This document shows, in pieces, positions 33,249-40,698 of a stretch of DNA of 43,270 bases (positions are counted from its first letter, which is position 1; the number at the start of each line of letters is the position of its first letter). Source of the DNA: a virus; IMG/VR virus record IMGVR_UViG_3300034069_000622, positions 1-43,270 of that record. One strand, 5' to 3'. The position numbers and the translations under genes are program-made. Below the pieces are notes generated by a model, which saw nothing but the letters and a program-made list of their open reading frames with translations, made no database searches and was not told where the DNA came from.

Positions 33249-33506
33249 CTACTTCTTCTTTTTGCCCGTCACGAACCCGTACGCTTTTCCGATCCCCTTT
33301 AGGGCGAGGGTCGCAAGTGGCCCGAGAACGCGCGAGGTTGAATGCACAGCGAAGTCGTTCACTTTTTTGACCGTGTGTATGCCCTCCGCGACGGACGTCT
33401 CGGCGGCGCTCCTGGCGTCCTTCAGGTCGGTCCAGGGCGAAGCTGGCTTGAGCGGCGCGGCCTGCTCGTCAGGTCCGCTCAGATTTTGGTCTTCGTCGTG
33501 CGTCAT
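33249..33506 (-). CDS. Hypothetical protein (85 aa) with amphipathic/basic C-terminus
   Basis: ATG at 33504..33506 with GGGAG 7 nt upstream. The upstream part of the 274-aa track ORF is an alternative frame of the oxygenase gene. Confidence 0.55.
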   Translation of the reverse strand: MTHDEDQNLSGPDEQAAPLKPASPWTDLKDARSAAETSVAEGIHTVKKVNDFAVHSTSRVLGPLATLALKGIGKAYGFVTGKKKK

Positions 33507-33508
33507 GG

Positions 33509-34117
33509 TTACTCCCATATCCTGGAAAAGAAGGTGGTGAGGACGATCCGGCCCGTGTGTTCGTTGTGGCCAAAGCCCTCGGACGGTTCGGCCGAGTGCC
33601 AAAGCTTCGAGTCGTGAAGGAGCGCGCGGTTGAATTTGGCCGGCACGAAGTGGGTGCGCACCCAGGCCGAGGGCCTCGCGCAGGATTTGTAGAAGTGACT
33701 CCGCTCGTCCGTCTTCACGTGGTTCGGGAACTGATCGCCGAACTCCTGGTGTCGCCAAAACTGCGTGCCCGAACGGTCGACCTGGCGGCGGTCCATGTAG
33801 ACGTGGAGCGAGTATTCGCCCATCACGTGGTCGGTGTGGATCTCGGACGGGGGCGTCTGCCTGGTCATGACCCGCGCGAACATGTAGTTGATCTCGATCT
33901 CTTTCGGAGTCCCGTCCGGGCTCAGGTGGCCAACGAGGTAAGGAAGGCTGCGCGAGATGGCCAGAAATGTCATGGGGTCGATGTTCAGCGCGATGCCCTC
34001 GTAGAGCACGCCGTCCGCGTCGTTCACGACGGAATTGAACTCGCCGTAAAGATCGAGCCTCCGGAACAAACACTCTTCGGGCAGAAAGTTGTCGTACACG
34101 GCCAGGACGGGATTCAT
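33509..34117 (-). CDS. 2OG-Fe(II) oxygenase-fold protein (DUF6445-like family)
   Basis: 202 aa from ATG 34115..34117 (TGATG overlap). HTD at IHTDHV (HxD), a distal His in KLWHSAEP, Arg in TGRIVLTTFF, and FNRALLHDSKLWHS ... FG ... resemble the remembered YNRL..Y.g..fHs ... FG ... RLT..fF pattern. Confidence 0.55.
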   Translation of the reverse strand: MNPVLAVYDNFLPEECLFRRLDLYGEFNSVVNDADGVLYEGIALNIDPMTFLAISRSLPYLVGHLSPDGTPKEIEINYMFARVMTRQTPPSEIHTDHVMGEYSLHVYMDRRQVDRSGTQFWRHQEFGDQFPNHVKTDERSHFYKSCARPSAWVRTHFVPAKFNRALLHDSKLWHSAEPSEGFGHNEHTGRIVLTTFFSRIWE

Positions 34118-34464
34118 CAGTCGAGGTCTCCTTTGGTCCCGGGCGTCTGCCGGGTTTCGAAAAATCCCTCGAACTCGGGGTGCTCGAGGGCGAGGAGCCG
34201 AGAGTAGCAGCTGCGGTAGTTGTTGTTCAGCTTGAAATCGTCGCCCTTCGTCTCGACCGTCAGGTGCCAGCGGATCCGCTCGAAGATCGCCACGACCGAG
34301 TAGCGGGACCGCCCGGCCTCGCGCACCTGTCTCGCGAAGCGCACGATCAACGGAAAGATGTGCGGGTTCGCCTCGTGGTACGCCCAGAACGCGCGCACGA
34401 TCTTCGGACTCAAATCCTTGAACGCCGGGTGGTCTTCGATGAACGAGAATTGAAGCTGCTTCAA
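34117..34464 (-). CDS. Hypothetical protein (115 aa), coupled to the oxygenase-like gene
   Basis: TTG start at 34462..34464 in a TTGA overlap. The extension to 34542 has poor GC3, whereas the overlapping upstream gene frame has high GC3. Contains RYSVVAIFERIRWHL ... FKLNNNYRSCYSRLL. Confidence 0.5.
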   Translation of the reverse strand: MKQLQFSFIEDHPAFKDLSPKIVRAFWAYHEANPHIFPLIVRFARQVREAGRSRYSVVAIFERIRWHLTVETKGDDFKLNNNYRSCYSRLLALEHPEFEGFFETRQTPGTKGDLD

Positions 34465-34808
34465 AGCGTCTCTTCGTCGGCCGCGAACGGTGGGCGAACC
34501 TCCACCCAGCCGGGCGAGAACTCCCTGATCGAGTAACGCCAAAGACTTCCGTCACTGCAGGTCGCCAAAATTATTGGGTCAACGTCGTCGAGGGCCGGCA
34601 CGAACGTTGTCGACACGATCTCTCGGTACTTCGTTTTTTTTTGAATCGGCGCAGGCTCGGCCGGACCGCCCGCGCGCCACGCCTCCGGACCCTTCGCCGG
34701 AAGCCAAACGCCAACCTTATTGCGGAACCACAGCTGACCGAGATCATCGACCGCGTACAGGCTCTCGTTCTTTTCATCGTACGCGATCGACACGAGCTTC
34801 GAGTTCAT
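34461..34808 (-). CDS. Hypothetical protein (115 aa); contains an A9 homopolymer in the coding strand
   Basis: ATG at 34806..34808 in an ATGA overlap. MNSKLVSIAYDEKNESLYAVDDLGQLWF ... looks like a beta-propeller-blade/WD-like motif. T9 on the plus strand at 34634..34642. Confidence 0.55.
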   Translation of the reverse strand: MNSKLVSIAYDEKNESLYAVDDLGQLWFRNKVGVWLPAKGPEAWRAGGPAEPAPIQKKTKYREIVSTTFVPALDDVDPIILATCSDGSLWRYSIREFSPGWVEVRPPFAADEETL

Positions 34809-35110
34809 TTCGCACCTTCTTTTGTTTCGGCCTCGTATTCGGCAACAGCCCGGTGGTGCCAGCAGTCGCATCCAGAAAAATGGTCCTCTATCAAATCTTT
34901 CAGCGCATAAACCACCTTCGCGGACCGGGCGCGTTCGGCATTGATCGCAGCAATGCCCACCACCTCCACCCACTCGTGATCTTTCAACGCTGCACTCGGC
35001 TTGAAGGTTTGAAAAACGGCGCCCTGATTTTCTAGTGATTTAAATTGGCCGACCGGGCAATTGTGGCGAATTGGCTTTTGAATGAACCAGCGGCAAAAGG
35101 TTTCAGTCAC
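34805..35110 (-). CDS. Paralog family member 4 (divergent; shares the AERARSAK motif)
   Basis: GTG start within the CGTGACTGA junction. Contains INAERARSAKVVYALKDL. Confidence 0.5.
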   Translation of the reverse strand: MTETFCRWFIQKPIRHNCPVGQFKSLENQGAVFQTFKPSAALKDHEWVEVVGIAAINAERARSAKVVYALKDLIEDHFSGCDCWHHRAVAEYEAETKEGAK

Positions 35111-35441
35111 GGCTGACCTCGTCTTCGGCGATGGCCTGCTTTGCAAGGTGCCGCAATTGATGGTCGGTTTCCCAGCGTGCCATTCTTTCCAGTCGTTTGA
35201 TCAGCTTTGCGGACCGAGCGCGTTCGGCAATTAGTTTACGGTCGAGATACTCCCACTCGCCCTGCGCATCCATCATCTCAGCGCGTTTCGCCTCGCACGC
35301 GGCGGCGTAGCCCCTCACGAATATTCGCTTTCCAAATTCAAAGCCCGAATCACTGCTCAGGTCTTTACCTAAACGGTTCATCTCTTCCCAAAACGTTGGT
35401 TCGGCCAACCGTTCGGCCTCGCGGCGCTCTTTCTCAGTCAC
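35103..35441 (-). CDS. Paralog family member 3
   Basis: (V)TEKERREAERLAE ... GYAAACEAKRAEMMDAQGEWEYLDRKLIAERARSAKL ... AIAEDEVSRD. GTG start within the CGTGACTGA junction. Confidence 0.65.
   Translation of the reverse strand: MTEKERREAERLAEPTFWEEMNRLGKDLSSDSGFEFGKRIFVRGYAAACEAKRAEMMDAQGEWEYLDRKLIAERARSAKLIKRLERMARWETDHQLRHLAKQAIAEDEVSRD
35209..35279 (-). repeat. 71-nt near-identical segment shared by paralogs 3 and 2 (copy A)
   Basis: 35209..35279 against 35681..35751 gives 68/71 identical nt, while the flanking paralog sequence is much more diverged. Confidence 0.9.
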
Positions 35442-35916
35442 GGCTAGCCTCGTGTTCCCTAAGCGCAGCAGTCAGCTTCGGATACGCCGTATGCTTGATC
35501 TTGTAGTGATCAACGTCGGGATCGTAAACGAGCGCGAACCGTATTGCGTGTTCAAGGTTGGTGGACCGAGTGCGTTCGGCTTTGAGTTGCTGCTCCAAAC
35601 GCTTCGCCTTCTCGTGCTGAAAATTGAAATCGTCGGAGTAGTTCGCTTTGCGCTCGTCATCCAGTTCGGCCTGGAGCTTCGCGGACCGGGCGCGTTCGGC
35701 GATTAGTTTACGGTCGAGATACTCCCACTCGCCCTGCGCCTCCATCATCTCCGCTCGCTTCGTCTCGCACGCGGCGATGTAGCCGTTCATTGTTGCGTAG
35801 TAGGCTCGAATGCTGACCCATTCCTTTTCCGACGGAAAACCAGGTGTTAATTCATAAGCCTTATCGGCCTCAGCGTTAGCAAACCGCTCAGCCTCTTTGC
35901 GCTCCTCGTCAGTCAC
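35434..35916 (-). CDS. Paralog family member 2 (contains two AER.RS..L motifs)
   Basis: (V)TDEERKEAERFA ... GYIAACETKRAEMMEAQGEWEYLDRKLIAERARSAKL ... KAERTRSTNL ... LREHEASRD. GTG at 35914..35916 within the CGTGACTGA junction. Confidence 0.65.
   Translation of the reverse strand: MTDEERKEAERFANAEADKAYELTPGFPSEKEWVSIRAYYATMNGYIAACETKRAEMMEAQGEWEYLDRKLIAERARSAKLQAELDDERKANYSDDFNFQHEKAKRLEQQLKAERTRSTNLEHAIRFALVYDPDVDHYKIKHTAYPKLTAALREHEASRD
35681..35751 (-). repeat. 71-nt near-identical segment shared by paralogs 3 and 2 (copy B)
   Basis: See copy A. Encodes QGEWEYLDRKLIAERARSAK. Confidence 0.9.
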
Positions 35917-36343
35917 GGCTGGCCTCGTGTTCGGCGATGGCTTTGCGCGCTTTATTGCCACCGTCTTGGAGGAGCGGCAGGTCGGCTGGATCTTGAAAAT
36001 AGTCACTGTCTCCAGTGAGGCACGTCGGCACATCCTCCCCTTTATGCTTCAACACGCAGCTCATGGCCTCGGGACTCGCGTAAAATTTAAGAGCCTCTAA
36101 TAGTTTCGCGGACCGGACGCGCTCAGCAATTTCTTTACCGCAAATTTGATTGTATTTGGCGCTGAGTTTTCTCCACGCATCATTACCTATCTTCATTTCC
36201 TTGGACTTCGCTTCGCACGCGGCGGCGTAGCCTTTTTCAAAAGCAGCGCGAGCACACGCATTGTACGGGCTCATACGATGATTTTCTTTATCCGCCGCAA
36301 TTTCGGCCAACCGCTCGGCCTCGCGACGCTCTTCGTCCGTCAT
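35909..36343 (-). CDS. Paralog family member 1
   Basis: MTDEERREAERLAE ... GYAAACEAKSKEM ... IAERVRSAKL ... AIAEHEASRD. ATG at 36341..36343 in an ATGA overlap. Confidence 0.65.
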   Translation of the reverse strand: MTDEERREAERLAEIAADKENHRMSPYNACARAAFEKGYAAACEAKSKEMKIGNDAWRKLSAKYNQICGKEIAERVRSAKLLEALKFYASPEAMSCVLKHKGEDVPTCLTGDSDYFQDPADLPLLQDGGNKARKAIAEHEASRD

Positions 36344-36726
36344 TCCTTCACCCTCTCCCGCGCCTGCTCGAGCACGTAGATCTGCTCGTAGCGTTCGTTG
36401 ATGCTCGACCACAGGCTTACGAACCGCTCCGAATTTGCTTCGACGTCGTCCCTCAAAAGCTCGACTTCAAGCAATCTGATTTCCCGCACGATCCGACCCT
36501 CCTCAGGGCAGGCCGCGCGCTCTTCGCGCGCCACGACGGCGATCGCGCGCTCGAGAGACTTCTGCCGCCGGTCCTCATCCATCACCCACGCCTGGATCCA
36601 GAGCTCGGGCGCTTTCCTGTTCACGATCTCTTCGAACTCAGTCCCGCGCACGATGTCGTAGGCTTTCTGCAAAATTTTAAATTTGCGCGAGTCCTTAAGC
36701 CACTCACGGTTCTTCTGGAACGCCAT
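36340..36726 (-). CDS. Hypothetical protein (about 128 aa; start uncertain, 36726 or 36831)
   Basis: GC3-rich ORF. Either start overlaps the helicase 3' end (by 23 or 128 nt). Confidence 0.5.
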   Translation of the reverse strand: MAFQKNREWLKDSRKFKILQKAYDIVRGTEFEEIVNRKAPELWIQAWVMDEDRRQKSLERAIAVVAREERAACPEEGRIVREIRLLEVELLRDDVEANSERFVSLWSSINERYEQIYVLEQARERVKE

Positions 36727-37717
36727 GACCACGATCGCCGCTATTTCGGCGCTTGGTTCGCCCGAACCAGTCCGGCTCCATTCCGGGAGCGTAGATTTCA
36801 AACTCTTTCTGGTTACTTGGTCCAAGGTCATAGTCGTCTCCGTACTGACCGGTGCGTGGGTTGAAGATCACTTTGGCGAGGCTTCTCGTCACGCCGCCGT
36901 TCTTTCGGTTCTTCGGCGTCCGCATGAACGTGATGAACCCGCGGCCTTGAGGATCCGGGCCGCCGCCCGCGATCGTGATCGCCTTCGTCGCGATCTTCGC
37001 GAGATCACTCGAGCCGTGAAACTCGTCGAGCCCCGGGACCAGCTCGTACGCGTTCCGGTCCCGCTTTCGCAAGTGCGCGACCAGGATCATCGGCACCTTG
37101 AACTGGTTCACGAGACTTCTCGCCGTCTTCGCGATTTCCTTCATGGCCTCGTTGTCGTTCTGCCCCGACCAATCGAAGTAGTGCACGTGGTCGACGATGA
37201 TCAAGTCGGTCGTCGACGCGATCCTCGCGAACTGTTCTACGAGATGAGTCACGTTAAATTCATCTTGTTTGTAGTACGTGAACAAGTTTTCAAAAGCGCC
37301 CTCGCAGTACCGCTTCGCTTCGGCGTCGAGCCGGAGGAGCGTTGGCGAGGTGAGCACGTCACTTTCCCACTGGTCGTAAACGACCGGCTTCACGAGCGCG
37401 CGGGCCTGCGGGTCGTGGTAGTAGAGGTTTGCGAGGTGCGTGAACCGCATGCGCCGCTCGACCTCGTACTCGTCCGCCTCAAGCGCGAAGAAGTGCACGC
37501 GCTTTCCCTTCGAGATCACCGCCTCCGCGATCGTCGTGCAGAGCTGCGTTTTGCCGACGCCGCTCGGCGCGCCGAGGATGATCAGGTCGTCGGGCCGGAT
37601 CCCGAGCAGCGCGTCGTCCAGGTAAGCCACCCCGAATGGGAGAAGCTTTCCCGCCATCTGGCGCCGGGCCGCTTCTTCGGCCGCCATGTTCTCGGACGCG
37701 GATTTAAAATCGCTCAT
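36704..37717 (-). CDS. DnaB-like (RecA-fold, DnaB_C-type) replicative helicase
   Basis: Walker A GAPSGVGKT, Walker B LIIVDHVHYF, then LVAHLRKRDR and FHGSSDLAKIA, in DnaB C-terminal domain motif order. ATG at 37715..37717 in an ATGA overlap with the organizer gene. Confidence 0.75.
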   Translation of the reverse strand: MSDFKSASENMAAEEAARRQMAGKLLPFGVAYLDDALLGIRPDDLIILGAPSGVGKTQLCTTIAEAVISKGKRVHFFALEADEYEVERRMRFTHLANLYYHDPQARALVKPVVYDQWESDVLTSPTLLRLDAEAKRYCEGAFENLFTYYKQDEFNVTHLVEQFARIASTTDLIIVDHVHYFDWSGQNDNEAMKEIAKTARSLVNQFKVPMILVAHLRKRDRNAYELVPGLDEFHGSSDLAKIATKAITIAGGGPDPQGRGFITFMRTPKNRKNGGVTRSLAKVIFNPRTGQYGDDYDLGPSNQKEFEIYAPGMEPDWFGRTKRRNSGDRGHGVPEEP

Positions 37718-38424
37718 GACCACGCCCTGTTCATCGCGCTATCGGCGTCAGCCTTGGCGCGGTCATCGTACTTTCCCTCGGCAATCTTCAGGTGAGACTC
37801 GGGCTGAAGTAACCAATCGAAGTCAGCGCGCCAACCCCGATCGTTCGCGCCTAAACAGAATGCAGACCTGGCGCACCGTTTTACAATTTCGACCCACTCG
37901 CCCGGACTGAGCTCGTTGAAGAGCTGCGCGCTCTTTCGGTTTCGAACCTTGTTCGTCCGCTTCACCTCGGGAAGCTTGCCCCGGTGCTCGTTCCAGATCA
38001 AAGCCAGCGACGGCAGGGCCGGCTCCGAAGGAGCCGAGGTCTTCGGTTCGGACTCTTCCGTTCGTTCGTTCGTTCGTTCGTTCGTAGGTGTAGGAGTGGC
38101 AACCGCGCGCGGTAGTTCACGGTAGTCTGCGGTAGTGATGATCCCGACCTCGATCAGATGATCAAGCGTGTCGATGATTTCTGCAGGAGAAACCTCAGCG
38201 ATGTGAGCTAGTTGCGGGATATTGACGTCTGCGCAGCCGGAGTTGTCGCGGGACGCCTGACACAAAATCAGTACCCAAACGTACTTCTGCGCGGCGCTCA
38301 ACCCGTAAAGCTTGGAATCGGTGCCGATGGAGTTGTCGAGCCTGAGCCAGGTGTAGGTTTGCTGCGCGCGCTTTGGGTTGTATTTTTCCCAGTTGGTCAC
38401 GGTGATGCGGACGATCGACTTCAT
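37714..38424 (-). CDS. Replisome organizer / replication initiation protein (phage rep_org N-terminal-like)
   Basis: From ATG 38422..38424 (GGGAG 9 nt upstream): MKSIVRITVTNWEKYNPK ... YTWLRLDNSIGTDSKLYGLSAAQKYVWVLILCQASRDNSG resembles replisome-organizer N-terminal domains. Lies directly upstream of the helicase. The upstream 78 codons of the track ORF have poor GC3. Confidence 0.55.
   Translation of the reverse strand: MKSIVRITVTNWEKYNPKRAQQTYTWLRLDNSIGTDSKLYGLSAAQKYVWVLILCQASRDNSGCADVNIPQLAHIAEVSPAEIIDTLDHLIEVGIITTADYRELPRAVATPTPTNERTNERTEESEPKTSAPSEPALPSLALIWNEHRGKLPEVKRTNKVRNRKSAQLFNELSPGEWVEIVKRCARSAFCLGANDRGWRADFDWLLQPESHLKIAEGKYDDRAKADADSAMNRAWS
38061..38084. repeat. Tetranucleotide microsatellite (TTCG)6 inside the replisome-organizer CDS
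   Basis: ttcgttcgttcgttcgttcgttcg, translated on the minus strand as NERTNERT in the inter-domain linker. Confidence 0.95.
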
Positions 38425-38815
38425 GAACGTACTACTCCCTTGCACGAAATTTCTATCGCGCGTGCGTTGTCTATTGTGATTTAGGGAGGTGTTCGATAGG
38501 TCTGACCCATCGGACATATCCCACGCTTTTGTCCGGTACAGGCCGCGGGTGCGGAAACACCCAAAGCCGATCCCTTCATAGGTCAACGCGCTTCGAAGTA
38601 CACCTTGAAATTCCAATGTGCAGCGCCGCCCCAACCGGGGCCGGCGGGCTGTCGTCATCTAAACTGGTGGGGTTTCTTTATTGTTGCGCGGGCGCGCGCG
38701 GGCGTGAGAAGCAAAAGGTCAGTTGATCCCACATTTGTAGGGGTCGTCTGAGACCGGCAGCGTCCTTGAACCTCGCGGACCGGTGTCTGGCGGCCCCTAC
38801 CTCCCTACTGACATT
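38425..38815. other. About 390-nt non-coding gap upstream of the replisome organizer (candidate promoter/origin region)
   Basis: No GC3-biased ORF. Contains the direct repeat GCGCGGGC GCGCGGGC (about 38686..38701) and the small hairpin GGGTG-cggaaa-CACCC. Confidence 0.3.
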
Positions 38816-39223
38816 TTACCCGCTGATGCCGGCGTTGACCGGGGTCGCTGCAGCGTCCGGGCTCGGCACGGTCGGCACTTCGACCTCGACCGGGACTTCG
38901 TCGACCTTCGCAATCGCCTTCTCGAGGCGCGCGCTGTCGGCCTTCTGGTCGTCGATCTCGGCCTGAATCGCGGCCTTGTAGGCGTCGCGCTCGGCCGCAA
39001 TCCCGTCCCGCTCCTTGCCGAGTGCGTCGACCTTCGCCTGCAGGTCGGCCAGCGCCTGCGGGTCGATGGTGCTGCCGCCGCCGGTGCTGTCCGCGCTACC
39101 CGCCGCGGGCGCCGACGCGTCACCGCCGCCGCTCGAGGCCGGCTGCTGCTCGAGCTTCTCGACGTCGCTCTGTAGACCTTGGAGTTCGGTGATCAGGCCC
39201 GCGATCTTTTCTGCTACTGCCAT
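38816..39223 (-). CDS. Acidic coiled-coil protein (135 aa)
   Basis: ATG at 39221..39223 with AGGACGA upstream. MAVAEKIAGLITELQGLQSDVEKLEQ ... a low-complexity G/S/A linker ... ALADLQAKVDALGKERDGIAAERDAYKAAIQAEIDD. Confidence 0.6.
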   Translation of the reverse strand: MAVAEKIAGLITELQGLQSDVEKLEQQPASSGGGDASAPAAGSADSTGGGSTIDPQALADLQAKVDALGKERDGIAAERDAYKAAIQAEIDDQKADSARLEKAIAKVDEVPVEVEVPTVPSPDAAATPVNAGISG

Positions 39224-39241
39224 CTTCTGTCGTCCTGTTCT

Positions 39242-39258
39242 GACCCCGCGCGGGGGTC
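39242..39258. other. Intergenic GC hairpin GACCCC-gcgcg-GGGGTC
   Basis: Perfect 6-bp stem with a 5-nt loop in the 60-nt gap between two minus-strand genes. No clear U-tract in the minus sense. Confidence 0.3.
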
Positions 39259-39283
39259 GGTTGGTTTGAAAGTCCAAACTACC

Positions 39284-39409
39284 TCAAGCCCAGTCCCTGG
39301 CGATGTGAAATAAAAGTAGGATGACGCCGAGGAGCGACACCCAGAGCCTGCCGCTGAAGATCATGACGACGAACAGCGTCCAAATCAGAACGAAGTAAAG
39401 GGACCTCAC
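39284..39409 (-). CDS. Micro membrane protein (41 aa)
   Basis: GTG at 39407..39409 in a GTGA overlap with the upstream stop. (V)RSLYFVLIWTLFVVMIFSGRLWVSLLGVILLLFHIARDWA is almost entirely hydrophobic. Confidence 0.45.
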   Translation of the reverse strand: MRSLYFVLIWTLFVVMIFSGRLWVSLLGVILLLFHIARDWA

Positions 39410-39771
39410 CCGCCCGTCATCTTCGTGATCGTGTCCTGCACGATCGTGTAGACCGTCTTTCGCAAGGCGGCGAGCGGCATGATGCGGTTGAAGCTCGGGT
39501 CGATGGCAGTCCGAAGCCTGTTGAGCGTGTCGATCACGGTCTGCTTCGCGTTCACCTGGTCGACGATCAGCTGCGCGTTGTCGAGGTTGAGCTGCGCCTG
39601 CTGCTGACCGACCGCCGAGAGCACGGTGGTCAAGAGTCCGCCGACGAGCGTGGTAGTCGTGCCGGGCTTCGGGAACGTGACCACCACCGATCCGTCCGCG
39701 GCCGTGATCGCAAGCGCGGTGCTGATCTGGTTTGCGTTGGTGATCGCCCAGGGCGTCGGACTCGAGGCCAT
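39406..39771 (-). CDS. Hypothetical protein (121 aa)
   Basis: GC3-rich ORF with an ATG start. Confidence 0.6.
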   Translation of the reverse strand: MASSPTPWAITNANQISTALAITAADGSVVVTFPKPGTTTTLVGGLLTTVLSAVGQQQAQLNLDNAQLIVDQVNAKQTVIDTLNRLRTAIDPSFNRIMPLAALRKTVYTIVQDTITKMTGG

Positions 39772-39815
39772 GACTCAAAGCTACCTCACGCGCGGCGCGT
39801 GATGAAACCGCTGAC

Positions 39816-40136
39816 TTACGGTGTCGGGAGCACCTGGTTTGCGGGCGGTTGAATCTTCACGGGCTTGAACATAAACGCGAACGACGAAGGCCCGGTCTGG
39901 CCGTAGCCGAGAAGCTCCCAGGTTCCGGACTCGCCCCAGTCGATCGCCTGCATGGCCGCCGCCGCGTGCGACTCAGGCTCCGAGACACTCGTGTCCAGGG
40001 AGTGATCACTGACGGCGCCAAATAGATTGGCCTTCACGCGGAGCCCGCGGTTGTTCGCATCGTGGAAACGTTCGGTTAGGACGGTCACGTATTTAGTCAT
40101 GGGTGATGGAGTAGCGCGGGCGGGCGCCCGGCTCAA
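39816..40136 (-). CDS. Hypothetical protein (106 aa; alternative ATG at 40100)
   Basis: TTG start in a TTGA overlap with the upstream stop. Confidence 0.5.
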   Translation of the reverse strand: MSRAPARATPSPMTKYVTVLTERFHDANNRGLRVKANLFGAVSDHSLDTSVSEPESHAAAAMQAIDWGESGTWELLGYGQTGPSSFAFMFKPVKIQPPANQVLPTP

Positions 40137-40411
40137 GTAGCTTCGTCTTCGTCACTATCGACAATTTCGAAAAACCCGATCTCGGTCATAGAAAATCCGT
40201 CGTCGGTCTTGTGCCCAAAAACAAAAGTAATTTCTCGCTCGTCGTCGCCCGAAAGCTTGTGGCCGCCGCCACCATGGCGGAGCATGGCAAGCCCAAGCGT
40301 GCGCGCAAGCTCGTCGTGGAGCATCTCGGACTCGACCTGCCCGAGGTCCATCGGGCCGTCGCAATCCCGGGCCGCGCGCTGCACCCGTACGCTGTACCTC
40401 GGCTGGCTCAT
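40133..40411 (-). CDS. Hypothetical acidic protein (92 aa)
   Basis: ATGA overlap with the upstream gene. GC3-rich. Confidence 0.6.
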   Translation of the reverse strand: MSQPRYSVRVQRAARDCDGPMDLGQVESEMLHDELARTLGLAMLRHGGGGHKLSGDDEREITFVFGHKTDDGFSMTEIGFFEIVDSDEDEAT

Positions 40412-40698
40412 TCGTCACCGAGCCGGTCACGGTGGTCGGCGTGCGTTTCTGCGTACCCGTCGAAGAAGTGCGCGACCTCGACCATCAGGTCTTCGATGCG
40501 CTCGACCGTGCGCTCCTGCGCCTTGGTCGTGCCCTGCTCCGCCGCCATTTCGAGCGCGTACGTAACGGCCTGAAATAGCTCGGTGAAGGCGCTCATTTGA
40601 CGGCGCTCGGCCGCGGCCAGTAAGTGTTGACGGAGTAGATCTCTCGACGGCATTTGGGCAATCCTTGCTGACACGTGGGTGAAGCATGTCACTGACAA
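40408..40698 (-). CDS. Hypothetical protein (96 aa from TTG 40698, or 81 aa from ATG 40653)
   Basis: GC3-rich from about 40653 downward. AAGGA lies 9 nt upstream of the internal ATG. Confidence 0.5.
   Translation of the reverse strand: MSVTCFTHVSARIAQMPSRDLLRQHLLAAAERRQMSAFTELFQAVTYALEMAAEQGTTKAQERTVERIEDLMVEVAHFFDGYAETHADHRDRLGDE

Noticed and set aside
34118-34555. N-terminal extensions of track ORFs 33509..34555 and 33249..34073.
   Set aside because: These are alternative frames running over neighbouring genuine genes. Internal ATGs at 34117 and 33506, which have overlap coupling or an SD, give compact genes with sensible sequences.
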